Assembly (NCBI GenBank): GCA_016869215.1
Contig: VGEP01000011.1
Location: forward strand, 68,629 to 132,628
DNA length: 64,000 nt
Reading direction: 5' to 3'
Source: Alphaproteobacteria bacterium
GTDB lineage: Bacteria > Pseudomonadota > Alphaproteobacteria > Rhizobiales > Xanthobacteraceae
Position numbers and translations under genes: made by a program
Part shown: positions 36,148 through 47,759 of the stretch, piece after piece
Layout of the letters: each line of letters starts with the position of its first letter
How positions within the stretch are numbered: the stretch's first letter is position 1
The notes under the pieces: model-generated
What the model was told of the DNA's origin: nothing
What the model saw: only the letters and a program-made list of their open reading frames with translations
Database searches by the model: none

Positions 36148-38034
36148 ATGCCGATCACACGCCGCGATTTTCTCAACGGAGTGGCGCTGACCGTCGCAGC
36201 CGGGCTCACGCCCGCGGCGCAGGCCGAAGCGCAATCGCGGCGGCGCGACGCGTGGCTGTGGGGCCATACGCGCACCGGCTATCCGCCTGCGTTGACGGGT
36301 TTGCGCGGCCATCACCGTGGCTCGTTCGAGGTGATGCATGCGCTGGTGCGGGACCGCGATCTGTTTGCGGTCGACGATACGCCCATCGAAGAGCGCTACG
36401 ACCTGGTCGTGGTCGGCGGCGGCTTGAGCGGCCTCGCGGCGGCATGGTTCTACCGCAGGGTCATGCCGCGCGCCCGCATCCTCATCTTGGACAACCACGA
36501 CGATTTCGGCGGTCACGCCAAGCGCAACGAATTCCGCATCGATGGCCGCCGCATCATCGGCTACGGCGGCAGCCAGTCGTTCCAGTCACCCGGCTCGCTC
36601 TACGGTCCGGCGGCGCGCGATCTGCTCGCCGATCTCGAAGTTGACGTGAAGCGGTTCGAAACCGCGTTCGACCGCACGCTCTACCCTTCGCTCGGTCTGT
36701 CGCGCGGCGTGTTCTTTCCGCGCGAGGTGTTCGGGCGCGATGCGTTGGTGGCGGGCGAGCCTGCGCGCCGCAATGCTGACGAGACCGCACGCAAGCTCAG
36801 CAATGCGCGGCCGCTTCATGAATTCGTCGCTGACTTTCCAATCTCGGATGAGGGCAAGAAGCAGCTGCTGGCGCTCCACGCGGGCGAGCGCGATCCTTTG
36901 CCCGGAAAGTCGGTTGAAGAGAAGCGTGCCGTCCTCAAGCGCACCAGCTATCGCGATTACCTGATCAAGATCTGCGGGTGCGGCGAGGAGGTCGCGAACT
37001 GTTTCCAGGGCCGCACGCTCGGCTTCTTCGGGCTCGGCATCGACGCGGTGCCGGCGTCCGAGGCACGCGATCTCGGCTATCCAGGCTTCGACGGGCTCGG
37101 CCTGCCGCGCGACGGCAACCCGGCCTGGAGCGAGCCGTACATCTATCATTTTCCTGACGGCAACGCCTCGCTGGCGCGACTTCTGGTGCGCGGGCTCGTC
37201 CCGGGCGTGGCGCACGGCGACACAATGGACGATGTGGTGCAGGCGCATTTAGCCTACAGCCGGCTCGACCGCCGCCGCAACGACGTGCGAATCCGCCTGA
37301 ATTCCACCTGCATCGACGTCCGCAACGCGGGCGATGTTGTGCAACTGGCCTATGTCCGCCGCGGCAGGCTTTTCCGCGTGCAGGCAAGGCACGCTGTGCT
37401 GGCCTGCTTTCACATGGCGATCCCGCACATCATGCCGGAACTGCCGGAGCGGCAGCGCGCGGCGCTGTCCAAGAACGTCAAGACGCCGATCGTCTACACC
37501 AACGTGCTGGTGCGGCACTGGTGGCCCTGGATCGCGCAGAAGGTGCATACGATCTCGGCGCCGATGTCTTTCCACCATCACGTGTCGCTGGATTTTCCGG
37601 TTGCCATGGGCGGCTACGAGCACGCACGCGACCCCGCCCAGCCGATCTGCCTGCATCTCGCGCATGTGCCCGGCGCGCCGGGCCAAGGCCTCGACGCGCG
37701 CACCCAGTTCCGAGTCGGACAGCACCAGCTGATGACCATGACGTTCCGCCAATTCGAGGAGCGCATCCGCGACGACCTCGACCGGATGCTGGGGCCGGGC
37801 GGATTCCGCAGCGCCGCCGATATTGCCGGGATCACGGTGAATCGCTGGACCCACGGCTACTCTTACGTCGCCAACACGCTTTACGACCCGGAGGACTACG
37901 AGGAGTCGGTGCTCAAGGTCGCGCGGCAGAAGGCTGGCCGCGTCGCCATCGCCAACACCGACTCGGGCGGCGACGCCTGGGTGCATTTTGCGATCGAGCA
38001 GGCGGACCGGGCGGTGAGGGAATTGGTGGGATAG
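36148..38034 (+). CDS. Spermidine dehydrogenase-like (SpdH) FAD oxidoreductase with Tat signal
   Basis: TRRDFL; YPPALTGLRG; VVGGGLSGLAAA; LDNHDDFGGHAKRNEF; YHFPDGNASLARLLVR; TVNRWTHGY. Confidence 0.8.
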   Translation: MPITRRDFLNGVALTVAAGLTPAAQAEAQSRRRDAWLWGHTRTGYPPALTGLRGHHRGSFEVMHALVRDRDLFAVDDTPIEERYDLVVVGGGLSGLAAAWFYRRVMPRARILILDNHDDFGGHAKRNEFRIDGRRIIGYGGSQSFQSPGSLYGPAARDLLADLEVDVKRFETAFDRTLYPSLGLSRGVFFPREVFGRDALVAGEPARRNADETARKLSNARPLHEFVADFPISDEGKKQLLALHAGERDPLPGKSVEEKRAVLKRTSYRDYLIKICGCGEEVANCFQGRTLGFFGLGIDAVPASEARDLGYPGFDGLGLPRDGNPAWSEPYIYHFPDGNASLARLLVRGLVPGVAHGDTMDDVVQAHLAYSRLDRRRNDVRIRLNSTCIDVRNAGDVVQLAYVRRGRLFRVQARHAVLACFHMAIPHIMPELPERQRAALSKNVKTPIVYTNVLVRHWWPWIAQKVHTISAPMSFHHHVSLDFPVAMGGYEHARDPAQPICLHLAHVPGAPGQGLDARTQFRVGQHQLMTMTFRQFEERIRDDLDRMLGPGGFRSAADIAGITVNRWTHGYSYVANTLYDPEDYEESVLKVARQKAGRVAIANTDSGGDAWVHFAIEQADRAVRELVG

Positions 38035-38043
38035 GCCGCAATG

Positions 38044-38070
38044 AAAAAGGGCCCGGCTTGCGCCGGGCCC
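38044..38070 (-). terminator. Intrinsic terminator of groEL (possibly bidirectional)
   Basis: AAAAA-GGGCCCGGC-TTGC-GCCGGGCCC; gives a U5 tail on the minus strand. Confidence 0.8.
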
Positions 38071-38104
38071 GTTGTGTTCCAGATAGGCGTGATGCTGTCG
38101 GACT

Positions 38105-39778
<1,674 letters not shown>

Positions 39779-40075
39779 CTAGGCGACCACGCCCATGATG
39801 TCGGACTCCTTCATGATCAGGAGATCCTCGCCGTCGAGCTTGACCTCGGTGCCCGACCATTTGCCGAACAGCACGCGGTCGCCGACTTTCAAGTCGATCG
39901 GAATGAGCTTGCCGGCCTCGTCGCGGCCACCGGGGCCGACAGCGACGATCTCGCCCTGCGACGGCTTCTCCTGGGCGGTGTCCGGAATGATGATGCCGCC
40001 GGCGGACTTCGACTCGGCATCGATGCGCTTCACGACCACGCGGTCGTGCAGGGGGCGGAACTTGGTTTTGGCCAT
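39779..40075 (-). CDS. groES: Co-chaperonin GroES
   Basis: [36 protein letters not shown]. Confidence 0.99.
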   Translation of the reverse strand: MAKTKFRPLHDRVVVKRIDAESKSAGGIIIPDTAQEKPSQGEIVAVGPGGRDEAGKLIPIDLKVGDRVLFGKWSGTEVKLDGEDLLIMKESDIMGVVA

Positions 40076-40140
40076 GTGGTGTCTTCCTCGTCGGCGTCAG
40101 GCGCGCGGTTTGATCGAGATTTTCTTTTTGTGACAATCGA

Positions 40141-40167
40141 TTAGCACTCATGGTTAACGAGTGCCAG
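40141..40167. promoter_or_regulatory. CIRCE element (HrcA operator)
   Basis: TTAGCACTC-N9-GAGTGCCAG upstream of groES. Confidence 0.92.
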
Positions 40168-40181
40168 CGATTGCGACGGGG

Positions 40182-40210
40182 ACATAGGGGGTTGCGTTTC
40201 GGGAGTCAAG
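40182..40210 (-). promoter_or_regulatory. RpoH (sigma32)-type promoter of groESL
   Basis: Minus strand CTTGAC-N16-CCTATGT just upstream of CIRCE. Confidence 0.7.
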
Positions 40211-40504
40211 CGAAGCGGGGCCGCCGCGGGCGGTTTCCGGCCGGTGAGTGCCCCGGAATCCGCGCTCCGGACGGCGCAATGGCGCGGCTCCGGGCCGAGT
40301 TGGAAACGGCCGTAACGCCCGCCGTAGACCATCTTTGGCAAATCCGCAGACAGACCGCATTCCGATGAGCTAAAAGGGACAAAGCCGGTGGGCATGGGAC
40401 GGCGCCCTGGGGCTTTTGCAACGATCAAGCCCGGTCCGTTCCCCGGACGGCGTCAGCCGTATCCGCGCGCCCGGCAAAGTCCGGCGGTCGATCGAGGGGT
40501 GTTC

Positions 40505-41017
40505 ATGCGTAGCGATTCGAACCGTCTTCCGATTGCGCCCGTTGTGGCGCTGGCCGCTGGCCTCGCCGTGGCCGGCTGCACGGGCATCAGCCTGCCGAGC
40601 TTCGGGACCAGCTCCGAGCCGCCGCCGCAACCGGCCACGCCCGCCGCACTACCGTCGAAGTACCGGCCGGACGATATTGTGGGCCGGTGGGGCTATGCCG
40701 CCTTTCACCGCGAGGCCGACCGCACCCGCACCGTCAACGCCGCGCGCGGCCAGTGCCGCAATCCCTATGTCATTGCCAAGGGCCCGACCGGCGGCGTGAT
40801 GATGCATCTCGCCGATCAGCGCCAGCCGACCGAACTGAAGCTGAAGGGCGGTCCCGGCGGCAGGGACTATATCGGCCCCGACGGCGACGCCGGCAATCCG
40901 CAGGACCGCGAGATCCTGTCGTTCGACGGCCGGGTGTTGGTCACGCGCTACGTCGATAACGATGCGGGGAACCGATACGGCAATATGGTCCATGTGCGCT
41001 GCGCGCCACGAGCCTAA
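40505..41017 (+). CDS. Hypothetical lipoprotein
   Basis: Lipobox VAGC after a hydrophobic stretch; GRWGYAAF, CRNPYVI, MMHLADQ; GAGGGG RBS. Confidence 0.75.
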   Translation: MRSDSNRLPIAPVVALAAGLAVAGCTGISLPSFGTSSEPPPQPATPAALPSKYRPDDIVGRWGYAAFHREADRTRTVNAARGQCRNPYVIAKGPTGGVMMHLADQRQPTELKLKGGPGGRDYIGPDGDAGNPQDREILSFDGRVLVTRYVDNDAGNRYGNMVHVRCAPRA

Positions 41018-41372
41018 GCCGTCCTCGGCGGCCGCGATCTGGCACAACCCGAGGTGCGCGACTTCGCGCAAGGTGCTGGCCGCGATCCGCGCCGGGGGCG
41101 TCGAGCCGACGATCGTCGAATATCTGAAGACCCCGCCTGGCGCCGGCGAGATCAAGGCCGCGCTTGCCGCCATGGGCATGACGCCGCGCCAGCTGCTGCG
41201 CCGCAAGGGGACGCCCTACGACGAGCTTGGGCTCGACGATCCGAAATGGACGTCCGCCCAGCTCATTGCGCTGATGGCGAAGCATCCGCTGCTGATCGAA
41301 CGGCCGGTGGTGTGCACGCGCAAGGGCACGCGGTTGTGCCGTCCGCCGGAGCGTTTGAAGGAAATCCTGTAG
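40992..41372 (+). CDS. arsC: ArsC/YffB/Spx-family glutaredoxin-type reductase (start uncertain)
   Basis: IWHNPRCATSRK, EYLKTPP, HPLLIERPVV, LCRP. Confidence 0.82.
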   Translation: MCAARHEPKPSSAAAIWHNPRCATSRKVLAAIRAGGVEPTIVEYLKTPPGAGEIKAALAAMGMTPRQLLRRKGTPYDELGLDDPKWTSAQLIALMAKHPLLIERPVVCTRKGTRLCRPPERLKEIL

Positions 41373-41405
41373 GCGCGCCGCAAACCGCTGCGGCTGAAAA
41401 TGCGA

Positions 41406-41429
41406 AGCCCCGGGCCATGGCCCGGGGCT
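41406..41429. terminator. Perfect 24-bp palindrome between convergent genes
   Basis: AGCCCCGGGCCATGGCCCGGGGCT is self-complementary. Confidence 0.6.
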
Positions 41430-41462
41430 CTGCTTTGGCGCTCGTGTGCCGGCGCGCCGGGC

Positions 41463-42131
41463 TCAAAAGCGATAGTTGATGCCGGCGCGGAAGATGCTGA
41501 GCTGCAGGTCGGCATTGGTCGCGGTGCCGCAGGCTGCCGCGCTGCATCCCGTGTCGCCGATGTCGGCGTAGAGATACTCAAGCTTGGCCGTCCAGTTGCC
41601 GACGATCACGCCCTCGACGCCGCCGCCGATGGTCCAGCCGACGTTGGTGTCACTCGATCCGGAGAAGCCTGCCCGCCGCGTCTCGACGTCGCCGAACGCG
41701 ATGCCGCCGGTGACGTAGGGCAGGAACCGGTTCCACGAGTAGCCCACGCGGCCGCGGGTCGTGCCGAACCAGTTGTTGCGGGTTTCGCAGTTCGTGGCGG
41801 CCGGGCAGGCCGTGCCGCCGTCGATGCCGGTCCAGGCCACGTCACCTTCAAGACCGAACACCCACGGGCTGCCCATGCCCTGCCAGTTATAGCCGGCGGT
41901 GACGCCGAACATGCCGCCGGACGGGCTGTTGCTGACGCCGAAGCCGTTCCAGTGCGAGTCGCCCCAGGCGCCGCCGCCGTTCAGTCCGAGATAGAAGCCG
42001 GACCAGTTGTAGACCGCCGGAACATAGGCCGGAGCCTTGTAGGGCATCGACTGGCGCGGCAAGTCCGCCGCCGAAGCCGGCGCCGCCGCAAGGGCCAAAA
42101 AGGCGAAGCCCGCAATCGCAGAACGCATCAT
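41463..42131 (-). CDS. Omp25/RopB-family outer-membrane beta-barrel protein
   Basis: AADLP..KAP, NWSGFYLGLNGG, TTRGRVGY, C-terminal GINYRF. Confidence 0.9.
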   Translation of the reverse strand: MMRSAIAGFAFLALAAAPASAADLPRQSMPYKAPAYVPAVYNWSGFYLGLNGGGAWGDSHWNGFGVSNSPSGGMFGVTAGYNWQGMGSPWVFGLEGDVAWTGIDGGTACPAATNCETRNNWFGTTRGRVGYSWNRFLPYVTGGIAFGDVETRRAGFSGSSDTNVGWTIGGGVEGVIVGNWTAKLEYLYADIGDTGCSAAACGTATNADLQLSIFRAGINYRF

Positions 42132-42473
42132 CACATCACCTCCAAAAAAACTTGGTGAGCGCAAAGTATTCGCGGGCGAGGAATAGTCTAGTGCGAAATA
42201 GACACACTGGTATCGTTAACAAATACTTTGTGCGCGAACCCGCATATTTTCTGGATTCCTGAAAGAGCTGTGGGAGATTTACTGTAATTTTACCATGATG
42301 ATGGTCAACGAACACTAAATGAATACTTCCAGCGCTTGTGCCGCCGGTTCCGCGGCCATGGGCGTGCGAGCGCACCGGCGGCGTTCGCCGCCTGCGGTGT
42401 CGGAGGACATCGGATCGATGCCAGGGCCGTTGCGGGAGTCGACGTGTGGCGCCGTCTTACGAAGCGCGCGCGA

Positions 42474-43088
42474 TCAGAACCGGTAGTTGACGCCCATGCG
42501 CAACAGGCTCGATTGCAGGCCGTGGCTGCTGCCGGTGGTCAGGTAGGTTCGATCGGTCAAGTCGACGTAAAGATATTCGGCGCGCGCCGACCAGTTGCCG
42601 GTCAATGCGACTTCGAGACCGGCGCCGGCGGCCCATCCGGTGTGGGATTTTGACTCGCGCGTTCCGGTCGTCGAGTTGTGCGCTTCCAGCGTGCCATAGG
42701 CGAGGCCGAGCGTGCCGTAGAGCAGGATGTTGCTTGTCGCCCAACCGGCGCGGCCGCGCAGCGTGCCGAACCAGGGGTTGGAAAACTTCCATGGTGCGAA
42801 GGTGTCGTCGGCGCCCGACAGTTGAAGGTCGGTCTCGCCTCCGAAGACGAACTGTCCGAACTGCCAATTGTAGCCCGCCTGCAATCCGCCCGCGGGGCCC
42901 CAGGGATCGGTCGGATTGTTGGTGGTCGCGCCCCACTGATAGCCGAGGTTGGCGCCGGCATAGAACCCACGCCAGGAGGTGCCCCCCGGAACCTGCGACC
43001 TGGAATGCGGTGCGTATTGCGCCAGTGCCGGAACGAAGGTTCCGACCGATAGCGCGAGGAGTGCGGCGCAGAACGGCAGCTTCCTCAT
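42474..43088 (-). CDS. Omp25/RopB-family outer-membrane beta-barrel protein
   Basis: Signal peptide; WRGFYAGANLG, FGTLRGRAG, C-terminal GVNYRF. Confidence 0.9.
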   Translation of the reverse strand: MRKLPFCAALLALSVGTFVPALAQYAPHSRSQVPGGTSWRGFYAGANLGYQWGATTNNPTDPWGPAGGLQAGYNWQFGQFVFGGETDLQLSGADDTFAPWKFSNPWFGTLRGRAGWATSNILLYGTLGLAYGTLEAHNSTTGTRESKSHTGWAAGAGLEVALTGNWSARAEYLYVDLTDRTYLTTGSSHGLQSSLLRMGVNYRF

Positions 43089-43412
43089 TGGCGTCACCAC
43101 GTCTTCGTTCCGTGTTCCGCGGCGAATGCCGCAGCTCGATATGCGGGTCTGACGCTTGCCGTTCGGGCTTCGAGTCGCACGCGATCCCATTTGCGATCGT
43201 GGAGCGGCAAGGCGCGCCGGATGGCGAAAGATCGGCAGTATCGTGAACGATTTATCGCGACTTGCCGCTTAAGCGTTTGTGAATCGGTAACGCTGGCGCA
43301 GCGTTAATCCTAAGGAACGGTGTATTTTCTACGGCGGGAAGAAGGCCTATCTACCTGGACACGGCGCACGCCTCGGCCGGCGCGGCCACGCGACTGCAAA
43401 CAAGGGACCGGC

Positions 43413-45458
43413 ATGGCCGGACGCAAGGACATCGACCCGGCAAGCGAGCTCGTCGAGGAGGACGACGAACAGTCGTTGCCCGAGCGAGACGAACTCGTGC
43501 CCGAGAAGGGGCAGGGTGCGGCGCCGCTCGCCGCCGGCCGCGGCGTGCTGTTGAAGCACGCCAAGCTCGCGCCATCCGGGCCCGGCGTCTATCGCATGCT
43601 CGATGCGGCCGGTGAGGTGCTCTATGTCGGCAAGGCCAAGAGCATCCGAAAGCGAATCGTGTCCTATACGCGGCCGACCGGTCACGACACCCGCATCGAA
43701 CGGGTGATCGCCGCGACCGCTGCGGTGGAATTCGTGACCACCGCGACCGAGACCGAGGCGCTGCTGCTCGAAGCCAACCTGATCAAGCGCTTGCGGCCGC
43801 GCTTCAATGTGCTGCTGCGCGACGACAAATCGTTCCCCTACATCCTCATCACCGGCGATCATTGGGCGCCGCAGATTCTCAAACACCGCGGTGCGCGCAC
43901 CCGGCCGGGCGAGTACTACGGGCCGTTCGCCTCGGTGTGGGCGGTCAACCGCACCATCACGGCGCTGCAGCGCGCGTTCCTGCTGCGCAACTGCTCGGAC
44001 GGCTTCTTCGAGAGCCGCTCGCGGCCGTGTCTGCTGCACCAGATCAAGCGCTGCTCTGCGCCCTGCACCGACGAGATCGATTTCGCGGGCTATGCCGAAC
44101 TGGTGCGCGAGGCCAACGCGTTTCTCTCCGGCAAGAGCCAGGCGGTGCGCGGCGAACTGGCCGCCGAAATGGAGAAGGCCTCGGCCGAGCTGGATTTCGA
44201 GCGCGCGGCCGTCTACCGCGACCGCCTCGCGGCGCTTTCGGCGGTGCAGGGCACGCAGGGCATCAATCCGCGCACGGTCGAGGAGGCCGACGTGTTCGCC
44301 ATCCATCAGGAGGGCGGCTACAACGGCATCGAGGTGTTCTTTTTCCGCACCGGGCAGAACTGGGGCAACCGCGCCTATTTCCCGCGCGCCGATCGCTCGC
44401 TCGACGCCGGAGCGGTGCTCGGCGCGTTCGTGGCGCAGTTCTACGACGACAAACCGTGTCCCTCCGCCATTCTGCTCTCCCACGACATCCCCGAACGCGA
44501 ATTGCTGTCCGAGGCGCTGAGCGCCAAGAGCGGCCGCAAAGTCGACGTCAACATTCCGCGCCGCGGCGAGAAGAAGGAACTGGTGGTTCACGCGCTCGCC
44601 AACGCGCGCGAAGCGCTGGGCCGCAAGCTCGCAGAAACGTCGTCGCAGCAGCGTCTGCTGCGCGCGCTCGCCGAGACAGTCGGTCTGCCGCGCGTGCCGC
44701 GGCGCATTGAGGTCTACGACAACAGCCACATCCAGGGCTCGAACGCGGTCGGCGCGATGGTCGTCGCCGGGCCGGAGGGGTTCCGGAAGAACCAGTACCG
44801 CAAGTTCAACATCCGATCGGACGATCTCGTGCCGGGCGACGACTTCGGCATGATGCGCGAAATGCTGGAGCGCCGCTTCAAGCGGCTGATCGCCGAGGCG
44901 CCCCGTGCGGCCCTGCCGGAAGGTGTTGCCAAGACAATTCAGGTCGCGGCGGTCTCAGGTGACATGCCGTTGCCCGCCGACGCCGACGATGCCCGCGAAT
45001 CCCCCTGGCCCGATCTGCTGTTGATCGACGGCGGCCTGGGCCAGCTCAACGCAGCGCGCGAGACACTCGACGCGCTGGGCGTCGAAGACGTTCCGATGGT
45101 CGCGGTGTCGAAAGGCCCCGACCGCGACGCCGGCAACGAGACGTTCCATGTCCCGGGCCGGCCCGCGATCAAGCTGCCGCCGCGCGATCCGGTGCTCTAC
45201 TTCATCCAGCGGCTGCGCGACGAGGCGCACCGCTTCGCCATTGGGTCACACCGCGCCCGGCGCAAGAAGGACATCCGCGAGTCCGGCCTTCAGGAAATCC
45301 CTGGCATCGGCCCGACGCGCAAGCGCGCGCTGCTGCGCCACTTCGGAACCCTGAAAGCCATCGAGCGGGCATCGGTCGCCGATCTTGCGCAGGTGCCCGG
45401 CATCAACGACGAGACCGCGCGGCGCATCCACGGCTATTTCCACGAATCGGCGACCTAG
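43413..45458 (+). CDS. uvrC: Excinuclease ABC subunit C
   Basis: [14 protein letters not shown] (GIY-YIG), [26 protein letters not shown], HhH GIGPTRK. Confidence 0.98.
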   Translation: MAGRKDIDPASELVEEDDEQSLPERDELVPEKGQGAAPLAAGRGVLLKHAKLAPSGPGVYRMLDAAGEVLYVGKAKSIRKRIVSYTRPTGHDTRIERVIAATAAVEFVTTATETEALLLEANLIKRLRPRFNVLLRDDKSFPYILITGDHWAPQILKHRGARTRPGEYYGPFASVWAVNRTITALQRAFLLRNCSDGFFESRSRPCLLHQIKRCSAPCTDEIDFAGYAELVREANAFLSGKSQAVRGELAAEMEKASAELDFERAAVYRDRLAALSAVQGTQGINPRTVEEADVFAIHQEGGYNGIEVFFFRTGQNWGNRAYFPRADRSLDAGAVLGAFVAQFYDDKPCPSAILLSHDIPERELLSEALSAKSGRKVDVNIPRRGEKKELVVHALANAREALGRKLAETSSQQRLLRALAETVGLPRVPRRIEVYDNSHIQGSNAVGAMVVAGPEGFRKNQYRKFNIRSDDLVPGDDFGMMREMLERRFKRLIAEAPRAALPEGVAKTIQVAAVSGDMPLPADADDARESPWPDLLLIDGGLGQLNAARETLDALGVEDVPMVAVSKGPDRDAGNETFHVPGRPAIKLPPRDPVLYFIQRLRDEAHRFAIGSHRARRKKDIRESGLQEIPGIGPTRKRALLRHFGTLKAIERASVADLAQVPGINDETARRIHGYFHESAT

Positions 45459-45511
45459 ACGAAGCTCTCACAACGCGGTCGAATAGCGGCCGCAAGAATG
45501 GTGAGGGTATC

Positions 45512-46747
45512 ATGCTCGACTACGTGATCCGCAACGCGCGCGTGCCGGGGGCGGCCAATGGCGGCGCCGTCGACATTGGGTTTTCCAAGGGCAAGATCGC
45601 AGCTATCGAGCCGAAGCTTCAAGCCGACTCGCCGTCGTTCGACGCGCAGGGATGCCTTTGCTGCGGCGGGCTGGTCGAGACCCACATCCATCTCGATAAA
45701 TCGCGCATCGTCGATCGCTGCACGCCGGAGCCGAGCCGCAGCGAGCCGAACCACATGAAGCGCGTGCAGGCGGTCAAGCCGACCTTCACCGTCGAGGACA
45801 TCTACAACCGCGCCAAGGCATCGCTGGAGGGCTGCATCAAGCACGGCACGACGCGGATGCGCACGCACGCCGAGATCGACCTGCCGGTCGGGACCAAATG
45901 TATCGAGGCGCTGACGCAGCTTCAGAAAGAATATGCCTGGGCGATTGATCTGGAAATCTGCGCCTTCGCGCAGGAGGGCCTGTCGAACGCCCCCGAAGCC
46001 GACAAGGCGCTGGTGAAGGCGCTGGAGAGCGGTGCCAGGGTGATCGGCGGCGCGCCCAACTACGACGTCGACCATCCTGCGCAGATCAACCGCGTGTTCG
46101 AACTGGCGCGGCACTACGACATCGACATCGACATGCACATCGACTCGGGCCACGACCCGGCGAGCCTCGACCTGCACCTCGTCGCCGAACTGACCACCAG
46201 GTACAAGCTCGGCGGCCGGGTCGCGATGGGCCACGTCACCAAGGTCACGGGTCTGCCGACCGTCAAGCAGAAGGAGATCGCCCGGAAGCTCGCCGACGCC
46301 GGCGTCGCGGTCACCGCGCTGCCCGCGACCGATCTGTTCGTTCTGGCGCGCCACGTCGACTACAATGTGCCGCGCTGCGTCACCGACCTCAACATGTTCG
46401 CCGAATGCGGCTGCAACTGCTCGATTTCGTCCAACAACATCCTCAATCCGTTCACGCCGTTCGGCGACGGCTCGCTGATTCGGATGGCGAATCTGCACGC
46501 CAACATCGTGCAGGTGGCCCAGTCCGAACGGCTGGCGGAACTGTTCAACATGATCTCGGAACGCTCGGCGCGGCTGCTCAATCTCAAGGATTACGGTATC
46601 AAGGTGGGCAGCGAGGCCGAGGTGGCGGTGATCGACGCCCAATCCCCGGCCGATGCGGTCGCTACAAATGCGCCGGTCCTGGCCGTGTTCAAGCGCGGCC
46701 GGCAGACCGTGGCGCGCCCGCGGGCGGAACTCTTGAGGCCGGCGTAG
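45512..46747 (+). CDS. Metal-dependent amidohydrolase, cytosine-deaminase-like
   Basis: ETHIHLDK (HxH), HGTTRMRTHAE, AFAQEG, DMHID, GHVT, NNILNPFTPFGDG. Confidence 0.85.
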   Translation: MLDYVIRNARVPGAANGGAVDIGFSKGKIAAIEPKLQADSPSFDAQGCLCCGGLVETHIHLDKSRIVDRCTPEPSRSEPNHMKRVQAVKPTFTVEDIYNRAKASLEGCIKHGTTRMRTHAEIDLPVGTKCIEALTQLQKEYAWAIDLEICAFAQEGLSNAPEADKALVKALESGARVIGGAPNYDVDHPAQINRVFELARHYDIDIDMHIDSGHDPASLDLHLVAELTTRYKLGGRVAMGHVTKVTGLPTVKQKEIARKLADAGVAVTALPATDLFVLARHVDYNVPRCVTDLNMFAECGCNCSISSNNILNPFTPFGDGSLIRMANLHANIVQVAQSERLAELFNMISERSARLLNLKDYGIKVGSEAEVAVIDAQSPADAVATNAPVLAVFKRGRQTVARPRAELLRPA

Positions 46748-46893
46748 CGGGCCCAATGTCACGCGGTTGCGGCCGCTCTCTTGGACTTGAGCCGCGAAAT
46801 TCGACGCCCGGACTGTGCAAAGCGCACAATTGGGTGTGACCCGCTACTTTCGGCGTCTGTTCAGGGTATGCGCGGAGGCGTATCTTGCGGCCG

Positions 46894-47499
46894 ATGAACA
46901 GCATTTCCAGCGCGCCCACAGCGACCCGGCTGCTGTCGCTGCCCAACATCCTGACTTACGCCCGCATTGCCGCGGTGCCGGTCGTGGTCGCGCTGATGTA
47001 TTGGCAGAGCATCATCGGCGCCGAACTGTGGCTGCGCTGGGTGGCGCTCACGGTGTTCATCGCCGCCGGCCTGACCGACCTGCTCGACGGATATTTCGCG
47101 CGCATGTACGGCCAGCAGTCGACGCTCGGCCGCATGCTCGACCCCATCGCCGACAAGCTCTTGGTCGCTTCGTGCCTGCTCATGCTGGCCGCCGAGGAGA
47201 CCATCCGCGGCTGGTCACTGCTCGCCGCCGTGATCATCCTGTGCCGCGAGATTCTGGTGTCCGGCCTGCGCGAGTTTCTTGCAGAACTGCGCGTCAGCGT
47301 GCCGGTGTCGCGGCTGGCCAAGTGGAAGACCGTGGGACAATTGATCGCGGTGGGCTTCCTGATCGCGGGCGAGGCCGGCGACCGCGTCCTGCCGGTGGTG
47401 ACGCCGATCGGGCTGACGCTGCTGTGGCTCTCGGCGCTCCTTACGCTTTACACCGGCTGGGACTATATGCGTGCCGGGCTAAGGCATGTGATCGACTGA
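46894..47499 (+). CDS. pgsA: CDP-diacylglycerol--glycerol-3-phosphate 3-phosphatidyltransferase
   Basis: LPNILTYARI, TDLLDGYFAR...LGRMLDPIADK, REILVSGLRE. Confidence 0.96.
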   Translation: MNSISSAPTATRLLSLPNILTYARIAAVPVVVALMYWQSIIGAELWLRWVALTVFIAAGLTDLLDGYFARMYGQQSTLGRMLDPIADKLLVASCLLMLAAEETIRGWSLLAAVIILCREILVSGLREFLAELRVSVPVSRLAKWKTVGQLIAVGFLIAGEAGDRVLPVVTPIGLTLLWLSALLTLYTGWDYMRAGLRHVID

Positions 47500-47759
47500 T
47501 GAGCCAACTGAAGCTGGTCTATTTCGCCTGGGTGCGTGAGCGAGTCGGCAAGGCCGAGGAAGAGGTCGTACCGCCGGCCTCGGTCGCGACCGTCGCCGAC
47601 CTGGTGCGCTGGCTCGGCGCGCGCGGCGAGGAATACGCCCATGCATTCGAGAACCCGAAGGTGATCCGCGCCGCTATAGACAAGCGCCACGTCCGCCCTG
47701 AAGCGGCCATATCCGGCGCGCGCGAGATCGCTTTCTTCCCGCCGATGACGGGGGGCTGA
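47499..47759 (+). CDS. moaD: Molybdopterin synthase sulfur carrier subunit
   Basis: YFAWVRERVG...AFFPPMTGG C-terminal diglycine; ATG overlaps the pgsA TGA. Confidence 0.96.
   Translation: MSQLKLVYFAWVRERVGKAEEEVVPPASVATVADLVRWLGARGEEYAHAFENPKVIRAAIDKRHVRPEAAISGAREIAFFPPMTGG

Noticed and set aside
43200-43412. LexA SOS box (GTTC-N7-GTTC) upstream of uvrC
   Set aside because: Only isolated GAAC half-sites; none has the N7 partner.
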